In this document: piece after piece, positions 13,341 through 44,246 of the stretch
How positions within the stretch are numbered: the first letter of the stretch is position 1
How the letters are laid out: every line of letters starts with the position of its first letter
Source: Phoronis australis
Taxonomy: Eukaryota; Animalia; Phoronida
Direction: 5' to 3'
DNA length: 64,000 bases
Assembly (NCBI GenBank): GCA_002633005.1
Contig: NMRA01000294.1
Coordinates: forward strand, 364,948-428,947
Program-made: the position numbers and the translations under genes
Notes under the pieces: model-generated
Databases searched by the model: none
What the model was told of the DNA's origin: nothing
Seen by the model: only the letters and a program-made list of their open reading frames with translations

Positions 13341-14160
13341 CCGCATTCGCCCTAATAACCGCAAAGGGCGCTTAGAGAAAAAAATTCGTTTCATAGGGGG
13401 CGCTTATTGTAACCCAAGGCGGTTGAAACCCGGCGTGCGTTCAGTAGACGCTAGGACTTACGCTAGGACCTGGCTAAAACGTAGTCAAAGTCACGTGCTC
13501 TCATTTAAAATGCACGGCAATATCTCTCGTAATCTCGCGAAATCTTGCTTTTAAGCGAGGTCCTAGCGTTACTGAACGGGAGGCTGGTCTCCAAAACAGG
13601 AGCAAGCTATGATTCATCATATTTACGCTCTTTGACGTATCTGTAACCTATGACAGACTTTACAAAATTGTAGTGCATTGCTATCAAACTTTGCTGTTAA
13701 AATATAATTTTATAGAAATTTGTGCTGACATCCCAGGGCGAAAACCCACCGACTAACTCCCTCGCAATCGCGCCGATATAGCTACTTGATTGCTTGAATA
13801 ATAATACGGTTTCGACTCGAGCAAATTACCTGAAATCCTTAAGTTTTCCAAATAGCGTCCCTAAGATTTTTAAGTTCCTGTGGAGTCGGGATTAACGGCA
13901 GGTTAAGTACAAATCTGTGATCGGCAAGACGAGAAAAATCTCTAGACGAACACACATTCCTCGCAGGCTCAGCAAAACTTCTGTGTTCGTTTTGAGGCAC
14001 GGCAGAAGTTTGAAGTGCATAGTCACGGCTGAATACCGACTATAGCGGCGAGGCTCGTAGTCTACAAATTCTGCGCACAATGATTTTTTCAGGACTGTCG
14101 GATTTTCTTGATGAATTGAAGACTTTACTGTAGAATTTTAAGACTGTAGGTAAGGCATTT
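13341..14160 (+). mobile_element. Pogo/Tigger-like non-autonomous element (truncated copy) with a nested MITE at about 13433-13584
   Basis: TA|CCGCATTCGCCCTAATAACCGC start; collinear with 55406-56805. The nested MITE of about 150 bp (CGTTCAGTA..CGCTAGG arms, CWG-like TSD) is absent from the 55.4-kb copy and recurs inverted at about 32042-32204 and 32943-33105. Confidence 0.8.
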
Positions 14161-14477
14161 TGAGGGCTCGACGCTATTAAAATCGCCAGGTCGCATTTTT
14201 AGACCTAGCCAAAATCCCAGGTCGTATTTTCAAAATTCAGCTCGCATTCATACGTGCCAGGTTGCAAAATTTTCCCGACATTTTTACGCACCAAAATTAT
14301 TTTTAGATTGTCGAGAAAATGTTTAGATTATGCTCTTATTTGCAGCGTTAAATACTTACAAATTTCAGATCACAAAATGGAGTTCGTTCATGCAGATACG
14401 GCGTTACTGTTCTTCACGACTGCCATTGAAAGGCGATCTAGAGCGCAAGGCAAGTTGCCGACGTGAAAGTTGATCAA

Positions 14478-15792
14478 TGTCAAATTCGGAACTCGGCGTA
14501 ATCGTAACGGAACTATGGCTAAGTTTAGGCTCTCCCGCGATATCTCAGACGACCGGCAGTGGCGCAGGGCACTACGACTCCGTTTCGGTCGTCTGCTCCA
14601 CTGTGCAATGAAGAAAATTACTTCATTTTTTAAAGAAACTGGAATCTGAATGATGGTGAAAAAACAGAAGCTGCTGGTAAGATGTCAATTTTAATCGAAG
14701 CTTTAGTGAATCACTCAGAAACTCATACATGTAATTCTCTCTTTGTCAAACTTTAACTTAAGACGATTTCCAAAGCAATCACGTCACTATTGCCAACACA
14801 AAAAACGGATTGGTGTTTTGGGCAATTGAAGACTATTTTAAATACAATAAATTTGTTACAAACTAATTGCACAAAATTTAGAGCATGTAATAAGCATTAC
14901 AATAAGAAGGAGTTTTCGAGCGCAAACGATGTGGACCATAGATAAGTAGGTTTCTTAGTCTGTGAGTTAAATCGTGGTGGGCAGTGGTAAAGTACGCGCG
15001 CTTTGTTAGGAAGGTCGTGAGTTCGAGTCCGTGATACTCGCAGGTTTTCCTGGTTGATACTTTCTTCGTTTTTTTGCCTTTTTTCTTGGATAATACTTCG
15101 GGAATGAAGGAAAATGCTTGATTTTTACAGGAAAAACAGAAAAAATTCGTGGGCGGCAAACCCCCCTCCCGATCTCTCGCCATTCGGTGCTACAATTGCT
15201 TGGAGCAAATGTTTACAAACAAAATGTTGCCCCCCCCTTGTGATATCCTAGATCCGCCACTGTGGCGTTTTGAGCGCGTGTGCTTTACCACCACGAATTT
15301 CGCTCGTAATTTTATACTAAGAGACCTACTTGCTTATGCCGTGCAGCGTTTTCGCGTGAAACCTGCTCCTGTTTATAATGTTTATTACACTTTTTATATT
15401 TTGTGCAATCAGTTCGTAACAAATTTGTTGTATTTAAAATAGTCTTCAATTGCCCAAAAGACCAAATCCGTTATTTTGTGTTGGCATTAATGACGCGATT
15501 GCTTTGAAAATCGTCTTAAGGTTTTACAAAGAGAAAATTATGAATTTCTGAGTGATTCACTAAGGCTTCGATTAAAATTCACATCTTACCAGCGGCTTCT
15601 GTTTTTTCATCGTCAATCAGATTCCATTTTCTTTAAAACATATGAAGTAATTTTCTTCATTGCACAGTGAAGCAGACGATGGAAACGGAGTCGTAGTGCG
15701 CAGCGCCACTGCCGGTCGCCTGGGATATCGCGGGAGAGCCTATACTTAGCCATAGTGTTCCGTTACGATTGAGCTGTGTTCCGAATTTGACA
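14478..15792. repeat. Long inverted repeat (arms at about 14478-15002 and 15272-15792) formed by two copies of one TE
   Basis: TGTCAAATTCGGAAC..CTAAGTTTAGGCTCTCCCGCGATATC.. is mirrored by ..GATATCGCGGGAGAGCCTATACTTAG..GTTCCGAATTTGACA. The arms are diverged by scattered substitutions. The spacer contains the TE end TTGTGATATCCTAGATCCGCCACTG. Confidence 0.9.
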
Positions 15793-15796
15793 CTTG

Positions 15797-15954
15797 CAGT
15801 GGCGGATTTAGAGGGGGGCCAAGGGGGCCATGCCCCCCTTAAAATTCTCCCAGATTACATTTGGCAGTTTGGGGGTGCGAATGTCTGACGGGAAAATTCT
15901 GGCTAGTAATGCTCTGTCCTGGCCCCCTAACTCAAAATCCTGGATCCGCCCCTG
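15797..15954. mobile_element. MITE with CAG(T/G)GGCGGAT TIR and 5-bp TSD ACTTG
   Basis: ACTTG|CAGTGGCGGATTTA...CTGGATCCGCCCCTG|ACTTG; same family as 53747-53890. Confidence 0.85.
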
Positions 15955-16057
15955 ACTTGAAAAATTGGATTTGAGCCCTCCCCCCACCAAACACACTAAT
16001 ACTGCACACATTTCGATATTGTATCCGCCGTATAATGTTAATTACCGGGGTTAATTC

Positions 16058-16450
16058 AGTGGCGGATCTAGGATATCACAAGTTGGGGCCCAACATTTTG
16101 TCCGGCTGGAAGCATTTGCGCAAAACTGAACCACGATTGTAGCTGCGCATAGCACCGAATGGGGGGAGGTCGGGAGGGGGGTTTGCCCCCCTCACCCCCG
16201 CCCAGGAAATTTTTCTGTTTTTAACTCTAAAAATCAAGCATTTTCCTTGATTCCTGAAGTATTATCCAAGAAAAAACAGGCAAAAAAAACAGAGAACGTG
16301 TCATACAGGAAAAAAATGCATGTATCAAAGACTCGAACTCACGACCTGGCGTTTAGAGTGCACGCACGTTACCACTACACCACCACGATTTAGCTGCAAC
16401 TAATACTAAAAGACTTACTTGTTTACGGGCCACAGCGTTTGCGCGTGCAG
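16058..16450 (+). mobile_element. Third copy of the CAGTGGCGGATCTAGGATATCACAA element, containing a tRNA-like segment
   Basis: Collinear with the reverse complement of about 14920-15262. The minus strand of about 16328-16388 reads GTGGTGTAGTGGTAAC...GGTCGTGAGTTCGAGTC (A-box and B-box-like). Confidence 0.7.
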
Positions 16451-16659
16451 CGCAGCCACGCAGGACTTAGCGTTCCAATTTGGAGTGCTCGTCTGCACGT
16501 TAGGTACTAACCTCTCGGGAGAAACACGCATGGAAGAACTGAGACTAAAATTAATGCATTTACCGACTGTTTTTTTGAGACCACTCAAAAACTTGTAGAT
16601 TTTACTAATGCACTTTTTTGTTCATTTTCAGAAGATATTTTCGAAATTAAATTTTCTTC

Positions 16660-17089
16660 NNNNNNNNNNNNNNNNNNNNNNNNNNNNNNNNNNNNNNNNN
16701 NNNNNNNNNNNNNNNNNNNNNNNNNNNNNNNNNNNNNNNNNNNNNNNNNNNNNNNNNNNNNNNNNNNNNNNNNNNNNNNNNNNNNNNNNNNNNNNNNNNN
16801 NNNNNNNNNNNNNNNNNNNNNNNNNNNNNNNNNNNNNNNNNNNNNNNNNNNNNNNNNNNNNNNNNNNNNNNNNNNNNNNNNNNNNNNNNNNNNNNNNNNN
16901 NNNNNNNNNNNNNNNNNNNNNNNNNNNNNNNNNNNNNNNNNNNNNNNNNNNNNNNNNNNNNNNNNNNNNNNNNNNNNNNNNNNNNNNNNNNNNNNNNNNN
17001 NNNNNNNNNNNNNNNNNNNNNNNNNNNNNNNNNNNNNNNNNNNNNNNNNNNNNNNNNNNNNNNNNNNNNNNNNNNNNNNNNNNNNNNNN
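16660..17089. other. Assembly gap (other gaps at 40950-40981 and 63111-63919)
   Basis: Runs of N; ORFs spanning them are artefacts. Confidence 0.99.
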
Positions 17090-17324
17090 CCCCCCAAACA
17101 CTAAAACTGCACACATTTAAATCTTTTTTCATCCGTATAATTTTAATTACCGGGGTTAATTAATAAACTCACCATTTCCCTACGCTCTTACTGTTTTATT
17201 TTTTGCGGCAGCCAAGGGGGGGGCCTGGTCCCCCCCTAAATCCGCCTGTGTGACAACAAGCACTGAGGCCAATTATCTTTCAGGCTTCAAAGCTTAAGCA
17301 AGGTATAGACCCAAGCCTAAACCT

Positions 17325-18036
17325 GGCAGATGTTGTCTTAACTTCTGTTCAGTGTAGTTGTTCGAGTTTGGTCATGAAAAAAGTAATCATGATCAGCATT
17401 CGACAAGGAATTCAGAAATGCTATTGGTTTATGTTCAAATTTGTTATAACTTAACTTTCATTTTTAGCAGCACAACCCCTGCAGTCAGCCCGGCGCTACC
17501 TGCTGGGAGATTACAATTATCGAACAAAAGAGAGCCGGCTCTCCATTAACCATGAATGCCAGAATGGAGTTAATCAGTCGTGTAAGATATTGGCTACAGG
17601 GGTTATCTTACCTACTTTAATTGTCTTTGGACTTTAGCGGAATTAAACAAGTGGGAGCAACGGGAAAACACTGAAGCCGGCCGTAATGTGAATGAAAGTT
17701 AAAATAACATATTTGAGCATAAAACGATAGCATTTCTGAAATCCTTGTTAAATGCTGATCATGTTTAGTTTTTGAATCGCCAAAATCGCCAACTACCGCG
17801 AATCGAAGTTACGACAATCTATTCTTTCCGAACGTAAGCTATGCTATACCAATTTGCTCTGGGTGTGTTCACACGTACAATGTAGTCTCAGTGTAATAAG
17901 CCTGGGCCTACCTGTTGTCATAACAGACAAAAGACTGTGCTTGGCAGTTAACAAAGAAGCTAGATGTTATCACACGCTCACAACCCTCTACGTCTGGTAA
18001 AGTCACCGTGAACGGGAAAGCGCCGTCATGTTGCCT
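17325..18036. mobile_element. Interspersed repeat with internal inverted arms; part also present at about 46530-46752
   Basis: 17330-17462 is the reverse complement of 17691-17820. About 17804-18025 matches about 46534-46752 (AAAAGACTGTGCTTGGCAGTTAACAAAG.AGCTAGATGTTATCACA..AAAGTCACCGTGAACGGGA). Confidence 0.7.
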
Positions 18037-18099
18037 TAAAGAATATTCAGAGTCTAAAAATGTCACTCACGTACAGCAGCGCAAAGTTCCGACTTCTAA

Positions 18100-18353
18100 A
18101 AAAGTCGGCAACTTTGGATTGTCTCCCGTGTATAAACATGAAATATGACGTCACTGATTCGTCATGATCAGGGGATCGCCATATTTTTGTTTTTATGAGG
18201 TTTGGCCGAAGGCAACGACTAGCTCGTGTTTGCGAGTGTTTTCCTGAAATTCAAAGCTATATTCTGTCGCCATCGATGGACATACGATAGCACCATTTAC
18301 GCATGAGTTTTTTTTAGGCTGTTTATATCTGGTCCAAGGCGGAAAAGGTTTGT
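18100..18353 (+). promoter_or_regulatory. Candidate TMEM184B promoter and non-coding first exon
   Basis: Locally CpG-rich; perfect CRE palindrome TGACGTCA at 18146-18153; YY1-like CGCCATATT at about 18177-18185; donor-like AAG|GTTTGT at 18347/18348. The start ATG at 23613 sits directly after an acceptor AG, which implies an upstream 5'UTR exon. Confidence 0.5.
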
Positions 18354-18836
18354 TTTGTATTAAGATTCCGTCATTGATTCAAGTCAAGTGTCTCAAAGTC
18401 AAACTAATAGGCCTAGGCTATAGTATAGGCCTACCTACATACGGGACGGACCTAACTATCGGACGGGCCTAAATATCGGACGTTTTTATAAAACCTTTCA
18501 TGAAACATAATCTGAGAAATTGGTGACATCAATTTTTGTTCCTCCTGAATGCATGCAGTGTCAGGTACTGTCTTGTAACTGCGATCGACAGTCATTGAGT
18601 CAATTCAAAGTCTTCATACTGAGTCTAGACAGTGACCACAGCCTCTACTGGTTCTGCAGTAGAGACTGTGAAGCTCCTATTAGGCGCTTCATACGCCGGA
18701 AGATTTTCGGCGACTTATGCCTCGCACTCACTAAAACATAAATACTACGTTGTTATAAGTACCTGGAGGGCCGTCGATGTATTTAATTCTTTCCAACTCG
18801 AACAAATACTCCCAATATCAAGCTTTTTCTTCGAGC

Positions 18837-19331
18837 CAGGCCTTTATGCAGCATACGTCCTGGGCGTCCAAATGGATGCCCTAGCACTAATCTGGACGCC
18901 TTGGCAAGGACCCCCAATGTATCATTTGGACGCCCACTGTCAATAGGAACCTTTCAAGTTTGGACTCACACATTGTAATGAATACTAGGAAGCCTCGGAA
19001 GGCTCATAGTGGGGCTCTTTTTTCAAAGCAGGAAGAAATATATACAATGCATATACAAAGTATATGCATTGTTGCTATTTTGACACTTGATTGACAGCAT
19101 TGTAAAAGTCTTGGTCTACACAGTTTTTTTTTTAGTAAAAATGCTCACCATAGAAGGTTGTTTTATAAACTTAGATGTAAAAACCTTGATCTATGCATTT
19201 TTTGTAAAACAATCTGTGTGTTTGGGGGTATTGCTGGGGGTGGGGGGTTACGCGTCGGAATCATGGACGCCCTGGAATATTGGGAACCCCATTTTGGACA
19301 CCCTATTTTCAAAATCCTGGATAAAGGCCTG
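18837..19331. mobile_element. Canonical hAT MITE with an 8-bp TSD
   Basis: CTTCGAGC|CAGGCCTTTATGCAG ... CTGGATAAAGGCCTG|CTTCGAGC, with internal GGACGCCC subterminal repeats. Confidence 0.9.
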
Positions 19332-21523
19332 CTTCGAGCAGTCCCTCATTCAGTTCCCAAAATCAGTAACTCACCATTTTTAACACTGCGCGCGCCAGGG
19401 GATAAGACGTCATACCACCTGGCGCGTGCAATGTTAAAAATGGTGAGTTAACGTTCTTTAGTCAGTGCAAGGTATAATTCACTGAAAAGCTTCCGGCATG
19501 TGTAGCACCTATAGGAGCTCTACCATCCTCCTTGCCTGTGGGACACTGGTCACTGTCTATTCATAGAAATCACTCTTATATATAGTTGTACCGAACATTC
19601 AGTGTTCATGTTTCAGGATTTTAAAATCAGAAAGTGCCACCATCGTCTCTACTTAGCAGTAGTGGTGTAGTCAGTAAATCAACTAAGTTAAGTATTGGTT
19701 AAGTAGCGGCGGTGCTTACGTAGAGCCTTCGTACACTAGTAACCAGTTTGTAACTTGAAAATAAGTAATTACAGTCATACGTCAGAAGCTTTTCGACGAA
19801 TTATGCCTCACCCTGATTAAACCATCAAAGTCTTGTTGCTATTAATACCATTTGTGCATAGGGGTTATGAAATGTGTAAAAAGTGCAAAGATACCTCTAT
19901 TGCCGCAAGTCGTGGGTTAAAGGATCATGGTCGAGGTGGTTATGGGGTTTTTGAATAACGCCACCTCAGAAGGCCCCCGATATCTTTAATTCGTTTCAAC
20001 TCGAACAACTACTCCTGTATTCAAACTTTTTTTAAGCAGTCCTTCGTTCAGTTGCCTAATTTGGCAAATTACCGTTTTTACACTGAAATGATTTGATACC
20101 TGGTCCTGTTCAATATTTTTGTCCATACTACAACACCCTTCAATTTGACTTAAAGAATGGCGTTTGTAGCATGTGGTCAGGCAGATAACTTTTGTCAATA
20201 TGTTTCATGGAGTGTGTTGACAAATAAAGAGGCGTATCAGATAGAAATCTCGTACAGAAGTATGTGTTCTGAGTTGTAAATTAAAGACATTGACAGCTCT
20301 AAATGTACTAACAATAATCATTGACTTTGATGGTTTAGCCAGTGTGCGGCATAATTTGCAAAAAAGTTCAACTTGTCAATGTCAGTGGGTTTTGCAAAAT
20401 CTGTAGTTATAGTCATTGTGGTTACTCAGGGATATACTCAGGTTTCAAAACTCTGCTGGCCAGCTCGGCGAGTTAGCCAGAAAATTTTTATTTTACTAAA
20501 TGCTTGTAACGATAACAAGAACAATCATTATAATTTATATATGTCTTCAATGTTATTATTTATTAAATAATCTTCGCTAAAATTACACTGTACAATAAGG
20601 TGTCAGTTCCACGAAATATGTTTTTTTCACTCGCTGTGAGCCCATGGACCTGTCTTCCGCCTTCCCCCATTTTCGTTGTTGCAGACTAGTCCATAAATTC
20701 CTTTGTGCAGGGACCTCTCGCTCTGACCTTTTGTCCAGACATATCGCAAAACGGTTAACATGTACTGACTCACTAGGAGCACACTGCGTCGATGTTTTTT
20801 ACTGTTGGAGCATCGAGATGCTGGCCAAAATTAACGGTTACCTTAAATTCATGATAAAACAACACAGGGAAGAGAAAATTTATTAATTTTCATCTTGAGG
20901 ACCCCCATGGAAAGCAGTGTGAACTGATGGGGCTACCCTCATTATAATCATTACATTAATAAAGAAAAAATAAATAAATCTTGCAAACGACAGTTTTTAG
21001 TGCACTCTAAAAATTCGCTTGCCGCTTGGGCGACCGGAAAAGGAAATTTCTACTCTCCCAACACCATTTTTACTCACATTGGCATCTGGGCAAGTGACTA
21101 AGTATATCGCTACCTACCCTGTGTGCAACAGTTGGATGCTTCCCAACCCCACGACACATTTGATAATGCGTCTTTACTACAGTCCATGCCAAGGAGAATG
21201 TCACCCAATAAACAACCTATTTTGTATCAATATAGATCGAGTAATTCCACTCGCTAACAACAAATTCAGTTGTTTTACCTGACACCTAACGGTAGACGGA
21301 GGTGTTGAAATTAACCAATGACATAATCGGTTCAAACGCAGTCTGTTCAGCCTTTCACAACACACTTACTTGTCAACTTATTGCTTGAATTCATCGTTTA
21401 ACACCAATAAATAATCAAAATTCGATGTAAACCCCTTACAAATACATAGAGTTCTTGAACAAACGTTTTGTTTTATTTTTTTGTTGTTACGGATTTATAG
21501 GTATTTGAACGTACCGTAGTCTA

Positions 21524-23048
21524 CAGAGTTCACCTGTAACGGGCCAATTTACCATGGTCGATCACAGGGATTAAGTTTGGTTATAAATTCGAATCATTTT
21601 TCCATGAAATACAGATGGGGAACATAGCTGTGTGTTGTACTTTTAGACTTGCGATTTTATCAGTTCTAAACACACAAAACGCTCGTTACTCCTCGCCAGT
21701 GGCTCGGAACCCGATCAGGCAAGTCGCGGCCGCCGGAAATGGATGTCAGGAACATATACCAGCGTAAGTTGGAAACTAAACTCCCAGTCACGAAAACACT
21801 ATAATAGTGAGCCAAAAAAATAATGTGTACATAATTATTTAGGGGAATTAGCCACGAAACTGAAAATCTACTTGTCGGGGGCCGCGAAGTCGGGTTCCCC
21901 TTCACAGAACCGTCAGTAACAATGATTTGAATAATGTATTTGTATATATAAATAAAGATTCCCCTAACATGTGACCATAGCATATAAAATAAAGTTATTG
22001 TTTCACAACAGGTTTCTGTTAGCAAACACTGAATTAGCATGCACTCACGCGGTCTCGGTGCCCGGTCAGTTACCTTTGTTGCGTCTAAAGCCAGTAACAC
22101 GGTGGTTTATTCATTGCTGGCTTCTCAAAACATTTGCACTCACGAATACTCCAAAGGCATTACAAATTGTATCTAATGAGACAGACTTTTGTTTCTGCTT
22201 TATATAAGCATTGGTTAGGGTGAGAATAATTTATTTTGAAAGGGAACGCAGAATAACAAACGTCTACATGGCAACTCGCCCGGCGCCAATCCGGACTTAG
22301 TCGAGAGCTCGTCCGTCGAAGACTTTACTGATCAGATCATTAGGTTTCAAGGGCTATCAGTTCGAACTGGAATACACTGATCAAGAAATACTAGAGAGGT
22401 GCCGTGAACATGCTCAGGCAACGGAACGTATGGATAGTTCTTTGATAAGCTGGAATTCGTCAGAAAAATCACTGTCGACGAAATGCCGGCCACAGACACG
22501 GAGATGTTTCACGGCTGCATACTTGCTATTAACAGCGTACTTTTCATTGTTCACTACCGCGAGCCACTTCCTAAGAATTTCGGACTCTCGGGGAAGTCAA
22601 AAAAGTGATATACCTGCTTTCTTCGCAGCTTCATACTTCGGACAAGCGGGAATGATGCACGGCAATATAGCGGCATTCGCTCTGGAGATGAATCGGTGAC
22701 GTCTCTGCGTCGTTTCTCACCTTCCTCACAGGTTAACGCGACACCTTTCGGCAAGTTGAGGTTGACCGTATAAGAGGCGATGTGGATATGGACTAATTAA
22801 AATGGTAAAAAGACTAATTAAATTGGGTGGTATTCTCCTAATGACTCGGAATCTCCAGTCATCACGGCTGGGCAGAAACCGAATTCCCATGGGAGTAGTC
22901 TTCCCTCATGACTGAGAAGTAAGGGAAATTAAAAGACATGTTAGTATGATGGTTAAGTCGTTCTGTGATTAGAATTTTGCCACCTGGATGGTTATTACCA
23001 GTCATTTTTTGTTGTTAACGGAATTAGCCGTCATGATAGGGAACACTA
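21524..23048. mobile_element. Probable DNA-transposon relic (imperfect TIRs, CpG-rich interior with a decayed ORF)
   Basis: CAGAGTTCACCTGTAACGGGCCAATT resembles the reverse complement of the right end, TAGTGTTCCCTATCATGACGGCTAATT. The interior at 22268-22830 translates in fragments, e.g. GYQFELEYTDQEILER. Confidence 0.4.
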
Positions 23049-23612
23049 TCTTGTCTGATTACTTTTGTCTTTTACTGTAGCTGTATTGTCTGAATACTTT
23101 TGTCTTGTACTGTATGTGGTAACAGTTTTGGTGGCCAAAACGCGTAAAGAATATTTTGCTGCAGTTCACCTTAGCAAAAGACTTTCACCATATGGCTTTG
23201 TGCTTGTGGGACTTCACAGCAGTAACTATATTGAGCGTGTGATAACTCTTTCCTGATGTGAATTTAGACCACCCTATGGTCGCAACGACCAGGCCTTGTG
23301 CAGCCATTTGCTGTTAAAAATGACATCTTATGTCCGCCGGTGGATTGACTTGGGGGATTAGGGAACGTGATTTTTTTCTGTTTTCTCGTGCAGTTTTTGC
23401 CAGATCAATAAATGCTCTGTTTCTACTCAGAAATGCCTGGTCTTTACTGAGTAATGGTCAGGCTTGGATCATGCATGTGCCAGCAGGTAGCCTGGTGCTT
23501 CGCTGTATTGTGAATATAAGAAAATAAGCTATGTATTGATTATTTGGCCTGTGTTATGTAGTAAATTACTTGTAGTCAAAACTAGCTAGTACATCATTAT
23601 GTTTGTCTGCAG

Positions 23613-41861
<18,249 letters not shown>

Positions 41862-44003
41862 GACGTTTCGCTTTAAAGCACATCCCTTTGGTCGGTAATA
41901 TTTTGCTTGTGTCGACTAAAGCAGAGGCATATAGAAATCTGTTGTGCTTGAGGAGTGAAAGGGGGCAAGATCAAGTGATCTGTGTGGCAATATGTGGCGA
42001 CACACAACAGAGGTGTGTAGTATCTGACCAGTGTCAGGAATGACTGGTCTTACTGGAAACTTGATGATGTCACTGAGAGACTGGACCCACTATCTCATAG
42101 CAATTGTATGTCTAGACCTCGTATAATTACCTGAACAAATATGCTGAATGCCGTCTTTGTAGTGCTGCCTGCCGTCATGTTGGACATGTCTCTTGGAAGT
42201 AGATTGCTCTTTTTGTTGGATGTATGTGCAATATGATTTCAAGATGCCAAATTAGTTTGCCCATTAGTCCTTGACCCTTCAGGTTGTATGTGATCTGTGT
42301 TGTAATGTTTATTTTGTTGTCCTAGTGGTAGAATGTCAGAGAACTGAGTGTCGGTTGCTTAATTAATTTACAAGATGCTTTTGTTGACAAAATATGCGCG
42401 TAAATGTGATGTATTTATTTTTAAACTTGATATTTGTCTACTTGCCAAAAGGCAAATGATTGATCGCCATTAGGAATGTTTGTAAGTTATAGTTTATTTC
42501 TGTATAAACATATTTAGTTACATGAAGTTTGTAATTAATGTTAACTGTGGACTTTGGTTTATTCCAGATTGTCAGTCACTTTTATTATGCACTTTTTTCA
42601 CAAAACCACGAGAGGTTGTCTTGTTCTTTCGAACTTTCCTCTCTTTCTAAGAGACTGAATGTGAATCGACCATTCACTGTACAATGATCATCACGTAGAG
42701 GATAGTTGTGTTGGTCTCAGTCTTATTACTTTGTGATGCGCTCGTTCATTGCTAGCTTATTTGTGATTGGCAACTGTCTGACCTTCAGTTGGGGTCATGT
42801 TGTTTATGCCTACTGTGTGCATATTTAGGCCATGCGCCTTAATACGAGGCTTTGGCTACAAGTATTCAGAGATTGAGCTATGTTATCTAGATCCTGGACA
42901 TTTGTCCTGAAGTGTCAAAATCAGGAAATTTTGAAACTTTGGCCTTACTTGATGGGGGATAGAGAAAACGAACAACTTGTGAATGGAGTGGTTTTGAGCC
43001 TTCACTAGTTGGTGACAAACACGAGATACAATAGGAGCCAAACTACACTATTCCCAGAAATGAATTGAGAAAATGTCGTCTGCATCAAAGTAAAATTAAT
43101 TGGACACTGAAAATAAATCAGACCCAATCAGATGACCGATGCTTCACAAAATCTCTCAAGGTCTCCGGATTTAGGTACGTGTGCTTACATGCCAAAAACT
43201 TTTCAGAGCAGGAACTTAAGTGAAACTTAATAAAAATAGAATGCGAGTTGTACTTGTTCCTTTGGAAATGGTAGATGTTGATGTGTACTGCATTCTACAT
43301 TTATTTACTGTTTGTCACTGCCAGAATTTGTGAAAGGAGGGATATTGGACTGTACCTCAAAGTGAAATAGTGGCATGTATGCAAGACAATAGGGAAAAAC
43401 ATCTTTTAAAAATGCATTAATTCATTTTTCGATGCCTCAATACGCACATACAGGATACTGTAAAGCGTTAATAGTCGTTTGAAGTCCCTTTCCTCCATAC
43501 TGTATGTCTGAGAGTTATGGTCTTAAAGTGAGCTTAACCAGCTATCAGTGATACCATGATGTGGCTCTTGCGAATCTCTCATTGTATATATGATATATAA
43601 GGCCCATTAGACGAATCATCTTTGCAGAATCTTTGGCAATTTATTGCATGAAATCAAAATTGTGAAATTACTAGCTGTTTAGGTGTAAAGTGACCGCAGT
43701 GATTTACATGAATGGGCCTTTAATGACACAAACTTTTGAACATGCTGTGTAAGAGTTGAGTATGCATGTAGATTTCATCTGTGTCCAAGACGAATCATAA
43801 TGATTGTAAATATTATATTTTAATGTATTTTAAATACCACTAAGTAAATGTAAAAACTTGAAAAAGTTAAACTATTAAAAGGAGCTTTCGCACTAACTTC
43901 TTTGTTTACTTTACACAATTATAATGTAGCTACACAACTGGACAGATGTCTGCAAAACTTTGACAATCTACACAGAAGCTTGACCCACTTCATGCTGGCA
44001 GTA

Positions 44004-44246
44004 CATGCACACACCCAGCCTTCGATAAGGGGGGTTCGAATTACCGACGTTGTGGACCATTTGCTAACAAAAGAGCGGGCGGACTAAAAAAAAAACAGGA
44101 GCACCTCTGTGAATTGCACGTTTTCACTCATTTAGTGGACTTTTGTCCCATTTTCTCACACTTTTTGTCTCTCGGGGAGCGGACCTTTTTGCTCACTTCG
44201 CCAATTCGGGTCGAGCCCCCGAACCCCCCCCCTGGGTGCGCACATG
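44004..44246. mobile_element. MITE with 5-bp TSD CAGTA
   Basis: CAGTA|CATGCACACACCCAG ... CTGGGTGCGCACATG|CAGTA. Confidence 0.75.

Noticed and set aside
14974-15035. tRNA gene
   Set aside because: A-box and B-box-like motifs are present but there is no acceptor stem or cloverleaf, and it is part of a multi-copy repeat.
16585-17132. Long ORFs here and at 62995-63984
   Set aside because: They consist almost entirely of N gaps.
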